DNA from: Acidobacteriota bacterium
GTDB lineage: Bacteria > Acidobacteriota > Thermoanaerobaculia > Gp7-AA8
Direction of reading: 5' to 3'
NCBI GenBank assembly: GCA_025463165.1
Contig: JAOBAU010000113.1
Span: forward strand, 1-52,830
DNA length: 52,830 nucleotides
Shown here: positions 34,388 to 44,236 of the stretch, piece by piece
Layout of the letters: every line of letters begins with the position of its first letter
Numbering within the stretch: the stretch's first letter is position 1
The notes under the pieces: generated by a model
The model's database searches: none
The model's input: the letters and a program-made list of their open reading frames with translations, nothing else
What the model was told of the DNA's origin: nothing
Made by a program: the position numbers and the translations under genes

Positions 34388-35701
34388 ATGAAACGCGCGC
34401 TCGTCCTTCTCGCATTCATCGCCGTTCCCACTTTCGCGCAGTCGCTCGACGCGCTCGTCGACAAAGAACTGCCGTCGCTCGTCGAGACGTACAAGAAGCT
34501 CCACGCGGCGCCCGAGCTCTCGACACAGGAAGCGAAATCGTCGGCGCTGCTCGCCGCGCGTTTGCGCGAGCTCGGCTACAGCGTGACCGATCACGTCGGG
34601 AAGTACGACGATCCGTCGCTGACGTCCTACGGTGTCGTGGCGGTGATGAAGAACGGCGACGGGCCGGTGGTGCTCGTCCGCAGCGACATGGACGCGCTGC
34701 CGGTCGCGGAACAGACGGGACTTCCGTACGCCAGCACGGTTCGCGCGAAGAGTCCTTCCGGCGATGACGTCCCGGTGATGCACGCATGCGGACACGACAT
34801 TCACATGACGACGTTGATGGGCACGGCGTCGATGCTGGCGCAGCTGAAGGATCGCTGGCACGGCACGGTGCTGCTCGTCGGTCAGCCGGCGGAAGAGGTG
34901 GTGAAGGGGGCGAAGGCGATGCTGAACGACGGCATCTACGAGCGCTTCCCGCGGCCGGCGTATGCGATCGCGCTGCACGACTCCGCCGATCTCGCCGCCG
35001 GCACGATCGGTTACACGCCCGGCTACGCGCTGGCGTCAGGCGATTCGGTGAACATCACCGTACGCGGTCTCGGGGGCCACGGCGCGTCGCCGCAGAAAAC
35101 GAAAGATCCGGTCGTGCTCGCGGCGCAGATCGTCATCGCGCTGCAGACGATCGTCAGCCGTCAGAACTCGCCGCTCGATCCGGTCGTGGTGACGGTCGGT
35201 GCCATTCACGGCGGCACGAAGCGGAACATCATTCCGGATGAAGTGCAGCTTCTCCTGACCGTTCGGACCTACAAGCCTGAGGTAAGAAAAAATGTCCTTG
35301 CGGCAATCGGCCAGATCGCACGCGGCACGGCCATCGCCGCCGGATTCCCGGAGGATCGGATGCCGGTCATCGAGCTGCTCGATCACGAATCGGTCGCATC
35401 GACGTACAACGATCCCGCGCTGACGGAGCGGCTGGCGAAGGCGCTTGGCCGGGTCCTCGGCGACGCGAACGTGATCAAAATCGATCCGCTGATGGTGAGC
35501 GAGGACTTCGGTCTCTTCGGCGTCGACCGCAAAATCCCGACCGCGCTCCTGCACCTCGGCGCCGTCGATCCGGCGCGCATCGCGGCCGGCGGTCCGTTGC
35601 CGGCGCTGCACTCCAGCAAATGGGCGCCGCTGCCCGAGCCGACGCTCCGTACCGGCGTACGCGCACTGACGACGATGGTGCTCGAGTTGATGAAGAAGTA
35701 G
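34388..35701 (+). CDS. M20D amidohydrolase with signal peptide
   Basis: RSDMDALP, MHACGHDIH, QPAEE, GGHGASP, SEDF, LHS. Confidence 0.93.
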   Translation: MKRALVLLAFIAVPTFAQSLDALVDKELPSLVETYKKLHAAPELSTQEAKSSALLAARLRELGYSVTDHVGKYDDPSLTSYGVVAVMKNGDGPVVLVRSDMDALPVAEQTGLPYASTVRAKSPSGDDVPVMHACGHDIHMTTLMGTASMLAQLKDRWHGTVLLVGQPAEEVVKGAKAMLNDGIYERFPRPAYAIALHDSADLAAGTIGYTPGYALASGDSVNITVRGLGGHGASPQKTKDPVVLAAQIVIALQTIVSRQNSPLDPVVVTVGAIHGGTKRNIIPDEVQLLLTVRTYKPEVRKNVLAAIGQIARGTAIAAGFPEDRMPVIELLDHESVASTYNDPALTERLAKALGRVLGDANVIKIDPLMVSEDFGLFGVDRKIPTALLHLGAVDPARIAAGGPLPALHSSKWAPLPEPTLRTGVRALTTMVLELMKK

Positions 35702-35767
35702 CGTGTGACCGGTTTGCGGTTGGCGCAACGATTGCTCCTGCATTTATGGAATGCAGGAGGGTCGGAC

Positions 35768-36007
35768 GTGCAATACACGATCGAAGCACGGCAACTGACG
35801 AATGGTCAGTCGCAACGCGCTGTATTCGACTGGCAGCCGAGAGAGACGGTCATCGAAGCGGCGTCGCCCGACGACGCGATCTCCCGATTCGTCACTGAAA
35901 ATGAGTCGGAGCTGGTGAGCCTCAGCCGCCCGCTGCGCGGCTCCGAATCGATTGCCACCGTGAAGAAGAACGACTCGGTCTTCGTCGTACGTATCTACAC
36001 TGCCTGA
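35768..36007 (+). CDS. Hypothetical protein
   Basis: GTG 35768 preceded by GGAGG within ORF 35705..36007. Confidence 0.6.
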   Translation: MQYTIEARQLTNGQSQRAVFDWQPRETVIEAASPDDAISRFVTENESELVSLSRPLRGSESIATVKKNDSVFVVRIYTA

Positions 36008-36122
36008 GCCTGCCGGCCGTTTTCGTTTGCCCGGCGGTGCAAAATCTGATCGCGCGATCCCTGGCGAATCTGCAAATGAGCGTGTATCCTCGATCGGTTC
36101 CGACTCACGGTCACGGTCGCTC

Positions 36123-36527
36123 ATGTCCCGTACAGATCCGCCGCAGCGGCGTCTTCAGGCACTCGTCGTCGATGACGACCTGGCGCTTCGAGGACTGTTC
36201 ACGACGCTGCTGACGCGCCGCGGGTTCGACGTCGACTGCGCTCCCGACGGCCGGCTCGCCTTCGATCAGCTCGAGCGCCACACCTACGCGGTCATCCTCG
36301 TCGACCTGATGATGCCGGACGTGAACGGCTTCGAGCTGCTCGCGAGGATGCAGCGCGAGAGTCCGATGCTGCTGCCGCGCGTGATCGTGATGACGGGAGC
36401 GAGTCAGCGGACGATTCAGCAGCTCGATACGCGCGGGATCTGGGGACTGATCCGCAAGCCGTTCGACATCGAAGATCTGGTGACGTCGGCGATCGACTGT
36501 GCGGAAGGACGGCGCCACGACGCGTAG
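36123..36527 (+). CDS. Single-domain response regulator
   Basis: LVVDDD, ILVDLMMPDVNG, VMTG, IRKPF. Confidence 0.9.
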   Translation: MSRTDPPQRRLQALVVDDDLALRGLFTTLLTRRGFDVDCAPDGRLAFDQLERHTYAVILVDLMMPDVNGFELLARMQRESPMLLPRVIVMTGASQRTIQQLDTRGIWGLIRKPFDIEDLVTSAIDCAEGRRHDA

Positions 36528-36547
36528 CGAGTAAACTACGCCGCGCT

Positions 36548-37276
36548 ATGAGTGCGGTGTGGGCGCTGTCCGCGTTTGTGATGACTCTTGCCGGCGGCGC
36601 GTTCGCGTTCCGGTATCAGAAGTATCTCTTCTTCATCATGGCCTTCTCGGCCGGTCTGCTGATCGGCGTGGCCTTCCTCGATCTGCTGCCGGAAGTGATC
36701 GAGATCGCGCATCGGTCGTCGCTCGACGTGCGGGGCCTGATGATCACGATGCTGTCGGGATTCGTCGGCATCTTCCTGCTCGAGAAGCTGACGATCATCC
36801 ACAGCGAGAAGCAGCACGACACGCCGGGACATCGCCACAACGTCGGCCTCGTCGGCGCGCTCGGACTTTCGTTCCACAGTTTCCTCGACGGACTGGCGAT
36901 CGGCGTCGGCTTCCTCGCAGGTACGGAAGTCGGCTTCGTCGTGCTGCTTGCCGTCGTCGCGCACGACTTCGCCGACGGACTGAACACCGTGACGTTCATG
37001 CTCGCTACGCGCAACAGCCTGTGGCGAACCGTGGTGCTGCTGGCGGTCGATGCGCTCGCGCCGGTGGCCGGCGCACTCGTCGCGAACGTGATCCGCATTG
37101 ATCCAATCCTGCTCGCATATCAGCTCGCGTTCTTCGCCGGATTTCTCCTTTATCTCGGCGCCAGCGATCTCCTCCCGCACGTCCACGAAAAGCCCCGCGC
37201 CGCCCTCATCGTCGCCACCCTCGGCGGCCTCACGACGGCGGGACTTCTCGTTTATGCGCTGGACGCCGTCCACTGA
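36548..37276 (+). CDS. ZIP-family divalent metal transporter
   Basis: AFSAGLLIGVAFLDLLPE, His-rich loop, HSFLDG, AHDFADG, DLLP. Confidence 0.9.
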   Translation: MSAVWALSAFVMTLAGGAFAFRYQKYLFFIMAFSAGLLIGVAFLDLLPEVIEIAHRSSLDVRGLMITMLSGFVGIFLLEKLTIIHSEKQHDTPGHRHNVGLVGALGLSFHSFLDGLAIGVGFLAGTEVGFVVLLAVVAHDFADGLNTVTFMLATRNSLWRTVVLLAVDALAPVAGALVANVIRIDPILLAYQLAFFAGFLLYLGASDLLPHVHEKPRAALIVATLGGLTTAGLLVYALDAVH

Positions 37277-37281
37277 AATCC

Positions 37282-37385
37282 AGTGCTGAGTGCAGAGTGC
37301 TGAGTGCTGAGTCGCTCCGCTGCACGAAAGCTCATCGGGCATCACGAGGCCTTTTTCTCAGCACTCAGCACTCTGCACTCAGCAC
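37282..37385. repeat. Heptamer-array palindrome E
   Basis: AGTGCT GAGTGCA GAGTGCT GAGTGCT GAGTC - about 43 nt - CTC AGCACTC AGCACTC TGCACTC AGCAC. Confidence 0.95.
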
Positions 37386-37407
37386 CTCTCCTGGTATGCT
37401 TCGCCGC

Positions 37408-39516
37408 ATGAAGCGAGCACTCATCGGATCCATTCTTTTTCTATTCGCTGTCTCCGCGTTCGCTCGTCCGATCACGGAGAAGGACATTTTCAAGTTCCAG
37501 TGGATCGGCGATCCGCGTCTGTCGCCTGACGGTTCGCAGGTCGCGTTCGTCCGCGTGACGGTCGACGAGAAAGAGGATCGCTACGCGACGTCGCTCTGGT
37601 CGGTGCCGATCGCGGGCGGCGAGCCGCGGCGTCTGACGAACGGGCCGCGCGACTCGGCGCCGCGCTGGTCGCCGGACGGAAAAACGCTGGCGTTCCTGCG
37701 CGTCGGAGAGAAGAAAGGGAAGCCGACGGAGTCGCAGGTTTTTCTGCTGTCGATGAGCGGAGGCGAGTCGCACTCGCTGAAGTCGCTGACGCGCTCGGTC
37801 GAATCGATCGCGTGGTCGCCGGATGGGAAAACGATCGCGTTTACCGCCACGATGCGTTCGTCCGATCTCGACGAGAAGAAGAAGGGGACGGAGGAACCGC
37901 GCGAGAGCGACGTCCTGATCATCAATCAGGCTACCTATCGCGAGAACGGTTCCGGCTTCAACGATCCCTCGCGCGCGTCGCACGTCTGGACGATCGCCGT
38001 TCCCGGTTCCCCGGTCGATGAAACCGCGAAGCCGAAACAGCTGACGAGCGGCGATTACGACGAAGGCGACGTGGTCTGGAGCGCGGACGGCTCGCGCCTT
38101 TTCTTCACCACGCTGCGCATCGCGGAGCCGTATTACGAGCCGGAAAAGACGGAGCTCTGGTCGGTGCCGGCCGCGGGTGGCGAGTCGTCGCGGCTACTGA
38201 CGTTTGAAGGACCGATGTCGCGTCTCTCGCCGAGTCCCGACGGAAAGTGGCTGGCGTTCTCCGGCTACATTTCGAATCCGGTCCGCTCTTACAACGAGCC
38301 CGATCTTTACGTGGTCGGTACAGCCGCTGGCGCGCAGCCGCGCAATCTCACCGCATCTTATGACTACGATGTCCTTGCCGGCGTGAGCGGCGATCAGCAC
38401 GCGCCGCGCGGTGGCGGTGGCGCGCGTCCGATCTGGAGCAGCGACTCGCGGTTCGTTTACGCGTCGACGGTCGAGGAAGGGAAGTCGAACCTCAACCGCT
38501 TCGACGCGACCTCCGGCGCAATGACGCCGGTGACGAGCGGCAAGCATGACGTGATCTCTTATGCGGTCGGCGCCGGGAAAACCGTCGCGCTGATCTCGAC
38601 GCCGACGCGAATCGGCGACCTCTTTGCCGTCGACGCGAACGGCTCACTGAAACAGCTGACCGATCTCAACGGTCCGCTCTTTCACGAACTGACGCTGACC
38701 GAGCCGGACGAGATACGGCTCACCAGTTTCGACGGAATGAAGATCGAGACGTGGGTACAGAAGCCGGCCGATTTCGACGCCACGAAGAGATACCCGCTGA
38801 TCCTGAATATTCACGGCGGACCGCACGCCGCCTACGGTTACACGTTCGATCACGAATTCCAGTGGATGGCGGCGAAGGGTTACGTCGTCGTTTATCCGAA
38901 TCCGCGCGGCTCGTCGTCTTACGGCCAGGAATTCGGCAACGTCATTCAGTACCGTTATCCCGGCGATGACTACAAGGATCTGATGGCGTCGGTCGACGCC
39001 GTAATCGCGAAGGGTTACATCGATCCGAAGAAACTCGGCGTCACCGGCGGCAGCGGCGGCGGGCTGCTGACGAACTGGACCATTACGCAGACCGATCGCT
39101 TCGCGGCCGCCGTTTCACAGCGCGACATCGCCGACTGGTCGACGTTCTGGTATGTCGCCGATTTTCAGCAGTACCAGCCGTCCTGGTTTCGCAAAGCGCC
39201 GTGGCAGGATCCGCAGGATTACGCGGCCCGCTCGCCGATCACGCACATCGAGAATGTCCACACGCCGCTCATGCTCATCCTCGGCGAAGCCGACTGGCGC
39301 ACGCCGCCAATGGCCGGCGGCGAGATGATGTTCCGCGCGCTGAAATACCTGCACCGCCCCGCGGTGATGGTTCGCTTCCCCGGCGAGTCGCACGAATTGT
39401 CGCGCTCGGGAAAACCGTGGCATCGCGTCGAACGGCTGCAGAACATCGTCAACTGGTTCGACAAATGGCTGCTCGGCAAACCGATGCCGCAATATGACAA
39501 GGGATTACGGCAGTAA
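37408..39516 (+). CDS. S9-family (acylaminoacyl/dipeptidyl) peptidase with TolB-like propeller
   Basis: Signal peptide from MKRALIG; WSPDG repeats, IHGGPH, NPRGSSSYG, nucleophile GGSGGG, GESHEL. Confidence 0.93.
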   Translation: MKRALIGSILFLFAVSAFARPITEKDIFKFQWIGDPRLSPDGSQVAFVRVTVDEKEDRYATSLWSVPIAGGEPRRLTNGPRDSAPRWSPDGKTLAFLRVGEKKGKPTESQVFLLSMSGGESHSLKSLTRSVESIAWSPDGKTIAFTATMRSSDLDEKKKGTEEPRESDVLIINQATYRENGSGFNDPSRASHVWTIAVPGSPVDETAKPKQLTSGDYDEGDVVWSADGSRLFFTTLRIAEPYYEPEKTELWSVPAAGGESSRLLTFEGPMSRLSPSPDGKWLAFSGYISNPVRSYNEPDLYVVGTAAGAQPRNLTASYDYDVLAGVSGDQHAPRGGGGARPIWSSDSRFVYASTVEEGKSNLNRFDATSGAMTPVTSGKHDVISYAVGAGKTVALISTPTRIGDLFAVDANGSLKQLTDLNGPLFHELTLTEPDEIRLTSFDGMKIETWVQKPADFDATKRYPLILNIHGGPHAAYGYTFDHEFQWMAAKGYVVVYPNPRGSSSYGQEFGNVIQYRYPGDDYKDLMASVDAVIAKGYIDPKKLGVTGGSGGGLLTNWTITQTDRFAAAVSQRDIADWSTFWYVADFQQYQPSWFRKAPWQDPQDYAARSPITHIENVHTPLMLILGEADWRTPPMAGGEMMFRALKYLHRPAVMVRFPGESHELSRSGKPWHRVERLQNIVNWFDKWLLGKPMPQYDKGLRQ

Positions 39517-39525
39517 ACCAAAAAT

Positions 39526-39603
39526 GTGCTGAGTGCTGAGTGCAGAGTGCTGAGTCACGCTTCGCGTCCTCGGCCTTTTGACTCAGCACTCAGCACTCTG
39601 CAC
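39526..39603. repeat. Heptamer-array palindrome F between convergent genes
   Basis: GTGCT GAGTGCT GAGTGCA GAGTGCT GAGTCA - 21 nt - TGACTC AGCACTC AGCACTC TGCAC. Confidence 0.95.
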
Positions 39604-39607
39604 TGAT

Positions 39608-42600
39608 TTAGAGCTTTTTCGTATTGTCGTCGGGATTTCGATCGATCAGTTTATTGAACGGATCGATTCCCGCCTTCGTCGGCTTACCGCTCACAACGAT
39701 GTCGAACGTCGTCTTCGGCTGCGTGATGTGGCGCTTCTCCATGAAGAGCACCTTGTCGTCATCCTTTGACTTGCCGGACGCAAGGACGCCGACGTCGATC
39801 CAGTCATTGATCGCGATCGGCTGCTCGGCACCTTTGCCGTCGCCGCGCAATTTCTTCGACTCCACCGTGAATGTAACGCGGTATTTGTCGCCCGCGAGCG
39901 GCGTCGCTTTCACTTCGGTCGTCTTGTTGTCGTAAAGCGTGATCGTCTCGAAGAGATCGTTGATGATCCCGCGCTGTTCCGGCGGCGTCACTTTGCGGAA
40001 CTCCTCCACGAGATCGAGCGCCGTCGGGTAGGGAGGCTGTGTGAATGCGTACTTGCGGAGGAACTCGCGGCACGCCGCATTAACGCGGTCTTCACCGATG
40101 TAATCGCGCAGCGCGTACATGACGAGACTGCCTTTGCGGTAGTGGAGATATTGCTGGTTTTCCACTTTCTCCAGCGGCATCTCCGCGACCAGTTCACCAC
40201 CGCGGCCGTTCAGATAACGGTCGAGCTCCCACTTGAGGAACTTGCGCATGTGCGCTTTGCCGTACTCCTTCTCCATCACCATCAGCGCCGAATACTGTGC
40301 CATCGTCTCGACGACCATCGTCTCGCCCTGGACATTGCCGCTGACGGCCTGATGTCCCCACCACTGGTGCGCGACTTCGTGCGCGGTGACGTAGAAGACG
40401 TAATCGATGTTGTCGGGATTGCGCAGGTCGGCAATGAAGCCGATCGATTCCGAATACGGGATCGTATTCGGGAACGACTGTGCGAATGACGCGTATCGCG
40501 GAAATTCGAGAATGCGAACCTGCTGATGCTGATAGGGCGAGAAGTTCGTCGTGCAGTAATCGAGCGCCTTTTTCACGCCGTAAATCATCCGATCGACGTT
40601 GTACGGATGTTTGGCGTCGTAATAGATTTCGATCGGGATACCTTTCCAGCTGTCGCGTTTCACCTGATAGCGCGCTGACAAGTACGCCCAGAAATCGAGG
40701 ATCGGCGCCGTCGTCTTGTAGTGGAAATAGCGGCGGCCGCCGGCCGTCCATTCTTTCTGCAGATATCCGGGCGCGAGCGCGATCTGATCGGCCGAAGTGC
40801 TGACCGTCGTATCGAGATTGATCCAGTCGGCTTCGGTCGACAATCCATTGACCATGCGCGCCTGCATGTCGGTCGCCGGCCGCAGTCGCTCGATCGGGCC
40901 GAGCCCGTATTTCTTCCGCTTGCTGCGGTCCTGCAGCTCGACGCCTGCCGGGTAGCCGAGGTGCGGGAAATAGGAGCCGTTGTTGAAGAAGGTGCCGTTC
41001 TCGACGAAATTGTTGTTCGGACGGCTGTTGACGAAACCGGGATTCTCGACGGAGATGTTGTACGACATCTGCAGCGACGCGCCGGGAGCGAGCGCCGGCG
41101 TCAGTTTGTAGATCGTGTAGCCGAGATCCGTATCGCGCGATTTAATCGTCGCGCCCGGAATCTCGACTGTTCCCTTCAGCTCACGCGGAAGCGTCACGTG
41201 CAACTCGGGAATCGGCGCGGTGGTTTTGTTCACCATCGTGTAATGACCGCGAATCGACGCCGCCCGCTTCTCCGGGTAAATATCGACGTCGGCCTGCACG
41301 TCGGTAATGCGCGGCTGTGCGAGCCTCGCGTACTGCTTGTATTTCTTTTCGGTCTCCGCCTGGCGCTTCTCACCCTTTTCGGCAGTCTCGTAATGATTGA
41401 GCACGTTTTCGTTGTAGAAGACGTAGCAGCCGGTGGCGATGAAGGCAAGCGCAAAGACGGCGACGAGCGTCGCGGCCGTACCACTGAAACGAGCGCTCAC
41501 CGCGCGCAAACGCGATGCGAGGCTGGTTTCGGTTCCGCGCGCCCAGAGGAGATGCGTGGCGATGACGAGGAGCACCGCCGCGAAGAGCCAGTAAACGAAC
41601 AGGATGATCTGCGGCAGGAAGAAATGGCCGAAGCCGTTCATATCCGAATAGACCGGATCGGGGAGGACGAAGAAGAGATAGAGATTGTGTTCGAAGTGCA
41701 GCGGCGGCATCGCCGACGTCAGCACGAAATAGACGAGCACGAGGAGAAATCCCGCGTATTTGTTGCTCGTCAGTACCTGCACGACGAACGCAAGGACGCA
41801 GATGAGCACGATCTGCGCGCCGGCGGTCAGGAACACACCGGTTCCATATAGCCCGAGCTCGTAATTGTGAAAGCCCTTGGCCGTCTGGACCACGAGCATC
41901 GATACCGTTGCGGCGATGAGCATCACGCCGCTCAGCACGCCGATCGTCAGCAGCTTCGCGCCCCACACCGCGGAGTTGGAAACCGGCGTGGCGTCGATCA
42001 CTTCATTGAGCTTCACCTGGCGTTCGCGCCAGACCATTTCGCCTGCATAGAACGTCAGCAGCACGATGGCCAGAAATGCGAAGCCGCCGGCGATCGAGTT
42101 CACCATGATGTGTGTGACCGGATAGACGGGCGTACCGAAATTGCGCGCCTGCGCGAGGGCGACGAACACCGTGTTCGCGACCGCGAGCGCGGTCACGATG
42201 AGGAACGGGATTCCTTTCAGCACCATCGGCAACTCGATGCTGAGCACGCTGCGAAACTGCTGGAACCAGGTGCCGCGATCGAAGCGCTGTTCGACGCGCG
42301 GCAGCACGAGCGCCGCGCGCGCGGCGAGCGGCGCTTCGGTTTCCACCGGACGCCGTTTCCCGGCACGATTCGGCTGCTCGAAACGAAAGCGCCAGATCGT
42401 GACGCCGACGAGCAGCAGTCCGACGCCGAGCCACAGCAGCCGGTTCATCATCAGATCGCCGGTCGGCGGCCACGGCAGTCGCGAGTTTTTCTCGAAGACC
42501 GTCCAGTAGCGCGCGGTCTTCGAGAAGGCGTTGATCCCGAACGGATCGACGAGTGCCGCGATGTGATCGTTCTCGATGTCGCTCGTGAAGCGGCGCGACG

Positions 42601-43177
42601 CGAGATAGCCGACGAAGAAGAGCACCATCGACGCGTACGTCGCCATGATGTTGCGCGTCAGCGATGCGACGCAGAAGAAGAGCGCGGAAATGAGCAGCAG
42701 GTTCGGGATGATGCCGATTCCGAACGCGACGAGAAACGGCTTCAGGCTGAACGCACCGACCGTTTCCTGATCGATCCACCACATCTTGTTGCCGATCGCG
42801 AACGCCACCGCGGCGGCGACGAAGACCATGATCGACATCGTGAACGAGCCGCCGAAACGTCCGGCGAGGAACGGCACTTTGCGGATCGGCGCGGTGAAAA
42901 AGAGCGCGTCGGTTTTCTGATCGTAATCGCGATAGGCGGCGTTGCCGACGAACGCGGTCGTCGTGAAGATGCCGAAGATCGTCATGATCATCAGGAGCTG
43001 CATCAACACGAACGGCGCGTTGCGATTGACGTTGCCGACGGCGCCGCCGAGCTGAATTCCGTCCGTCGTCACGATGAGGAACGTGAAGAGAAAGAAGATG
43101 ATCGACGAGACGTAGATCATCGGCTGCCGCAATTGATAGCGGAGCTCGAAGCCAAAGATTTCGCGGAACTGTCTCAC
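39608..43177 (-). CDS. ABC-2 permease (two TMDs) fused to M1-family metallopeptidase
   Basis: Two hydrophobic permease blocks then HEVAHQWWG-x-E zinc motif, YRKG; IDPFNKLIDRNPDDN end. Confidence 0.9.
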   Translation of the reverse strand: MRQFREIFGFELRYQLRQPMIYVSSIIFFLFTFLIVTTDGIQLGGAVGNVNRNAPFVLMQLLMIMTIFGIFTTTAFVGNAAYRDYDQKTDALFFTAPIRKVPFLAGRFGGSFTMSIMVFVAAAVAFAIGNKMWWIDQETVGAFSLKPFLVAFGIGIIPNLLLISALFFCVASLTRNIMATYASMVLFFVGYLASRRFTSDIENDHIAALVDPFGINAFSKTARYWTVFEKNSRLPWPPTGDLMMNRLLWLGVGLLLVGVTIWRFRFEQPNRAGKRRPVETEAPLAARAALVLPRVEQRFDRGTWFQQFRSVLSIELPMVLKGIPFLIVTALAVANTVFVALAQARNFGTPVYPVTHIMVNSIAGGFAFLAIVLLTFYAGEMVWRERQVKLNEVIDATPVSNSAVWGAKLLTIGVLSGVMLIAATVSMLVVQTAKGFHNYELGLYGTGVFLTAGAQIVLICVLAFVVQVLTSNKYAGFLLVLVYFVLTSAMPPLHFEHNLYLFFVLPDPVYSDMNGFGHFFLPQIILFVYWLFAAVLLVIATHLLWARGTETSLASRLRAVSARFSGTAATLVAVFALAFIATGCYVFYNENVLNHYETAEKGEKRQAETEKKYKQYARLAQPRITDVQADVDIYPEKRAASIRGHYTMVNKTTAPIPELHVTLPRELKGTVEIPGATIKSRDTDLGYTIYKLTPALAPGASLQMSYNISVENPGFVNSRPNNNFVENGTFFNNGSYFPHLGYPAGVELQDRSKRKKYGLGPIERLRPATDMQARMVNGLSTEADWINLDTTVSTSADQIALAPGYLQKEWTAGGRRYFHYKTTAPILDFWAYLSARYQVKRDSWKGIPIEIYYDAKHPYNVDRMIYGVKKALDYCTTNFSPYQHQQVRILEFPRYASFAQSFPNTIPYSESIGFIADLRNPDNIDYVFYVTAHEVAHQWWGHQAVSGNVQGETMVVETMAQYSALMVMEKEYGKAHMRKFLKWELDRYLNGRGGELVAEMPLEKVENQQYLHYRKGSLVMYALRDYIGEDRVNAACREFLRKYAFTQPPYPTALDLVEEFRKVTPPEQRGIINDLFETITLYDNKTTEVKATPLAGDKYRVTFTVESKKLRGDGKGAEQPIAINDWIDVGVLASGKSKDDDKVLFMEKRHITQPKTTFDIVVSGKPTKAGIDPFNKLIDRNPDDNTKKL

Positions 43178-44067
43178 GCCGCCTTCTCCTCGGCGGCCAC
43201 ATTCCGCAGCGTCGAGAAGTAGACGTCCTCGAGGCTCGTCGACACCGCTTCAAACGACGGGTCGGGCTGCGTCTCGCTGAAGACGTGAATGACCGTACGG
43301 CCGGCGACGAGCTTCGTCGAGATGACGGCGTGCTCCTGCTGAAACGTTTCGAGCTCGCCCTTCGCGATGACGCGGCGCCAGACCTTTCCTTCGAGATTGC
43401 GGATCGCTTCGAGCGGCTCGCCCTGCATCAGCACGCGGCCGCCGGAGATGATGGCCATGTTCGAACATAGGTCGCTGACGTCTTCGACGATGTGCGTCGA
43501 AAGGATGACGACGACGTTCTCGCCGATCTCGGAGAGGAGGTTGTGAAACCGAACGCGCTCGCCGGGATCGAGTCCCGCCGTCGGCTCATCGACGATGATC
43601 AGTTTCGGATTTCCGAGCAGCGCCTGCGCGATGCCGAAGCGCTGCCGCATGCCGCCGGAGAACGTGCCGAGTCCCTGCTTGCGAACGTCGTGTAGATTCG
43701 TGCGACGCAGCAGCGCGCCGACGATCTCTCTCCGCTCCTTCGATTTGTAGATGCCTTTGAGCACCGCGAAGTGCTCGAGCAGTGTCTCCGCGGAGATGCG
43801 CGGATAAACGCCAAACTCCTGCGGCAGGTAGCCGAGGATTTTGCGGACGTCGTCTTTCTGCTTCAGCACGTCGATGCCGGCGAAGCTGATCGAACCGGCA
43901 TCCGCTTCCTGCAACGTGGCGATGGTGCGCATCAGCGTCGACTTCCCGGCGCCATTCGGCCCAAGCAGCCCGAACATCCCGGTCGGAATCGTGAGCGATA
44001 CGTCATCGAGCGCGCGCACGCCATTCGCGTACGTTTTCGAGAGGCCGGAAATCTTTAGTTCCAACAC
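43174..44067 (-). CDS. ABC transporter ATP-binding protein
   Basis: GPNGAGKST, FSGGMRQR, IVDEPT; GGAGG precedes GTG 44067/TTG 44064; overlaps permease start. Confidence 0.94.
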   Translation of the reverse strand: MLELKISGLSKTYANGVRALDDVSLTIPTGMFGLLGPNGAGKSTLMRTIATLQEADAGSISFAGIDVLKQKDDVRKILGYLPQEFGVYPRISAETLLEHFAVLKGIYKSKERREIVGALLRRTNLHDVRKQGLGTFSGGMRQRFGIAQALLGNPKLIIVDEPTAGLDPGERVRFHNLLSEIGENVVVILSTHIVEDVSDLCSNMAIISGGRVLMQGEPLEAIRNLEGKVWRRVIAKGELETFQQEHAVISTKLVAGRTVIHVFSETQPDPSFEAVSTSLEDVYFSTLRNVAAEEKAA

Positions 44068-44128
44068 GGATGGATCCTCCAATGAAAGTTGGGCGGTTAT
44101 ACGCGGGCGTGCGCTGCAGGTTGCGAAC

Positions 44129-44232
44129 GAGTCCTGAGTCCTGAGTCCTTAGTCCTGAGTGCTCGACCCACAGCGCGGGCTGTTCGTCGACGCGGAGCGT
44201 TACTCAGGACTCAGGACTCAGGACTCAGGACT
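44129..44232. repeat. Heptamer-array palindrome G, variant unit GAGTCCT/AGGACTC
   Basis: (GAGTCCT)3 TAGTCCT GAGT - 41 nt - ACTC (AGGACTC)3 AGGACT. Confidence 0.95.
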
Positions 44233-44236
44233 TGCT

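Noticed and set aside
1057-37407. ORFs or N-terminal extensions containing TQHSALST-type peptide repeats
   Set aside because: They are translations of the heptamer arrays rather than real protein sequence.
1036-44232. Heptamer elements as CRISPR arrays
   Set aside because: They are isolated inverted arrays with one central spacer, not direct repeat-spacer series, and no cas genes are present.
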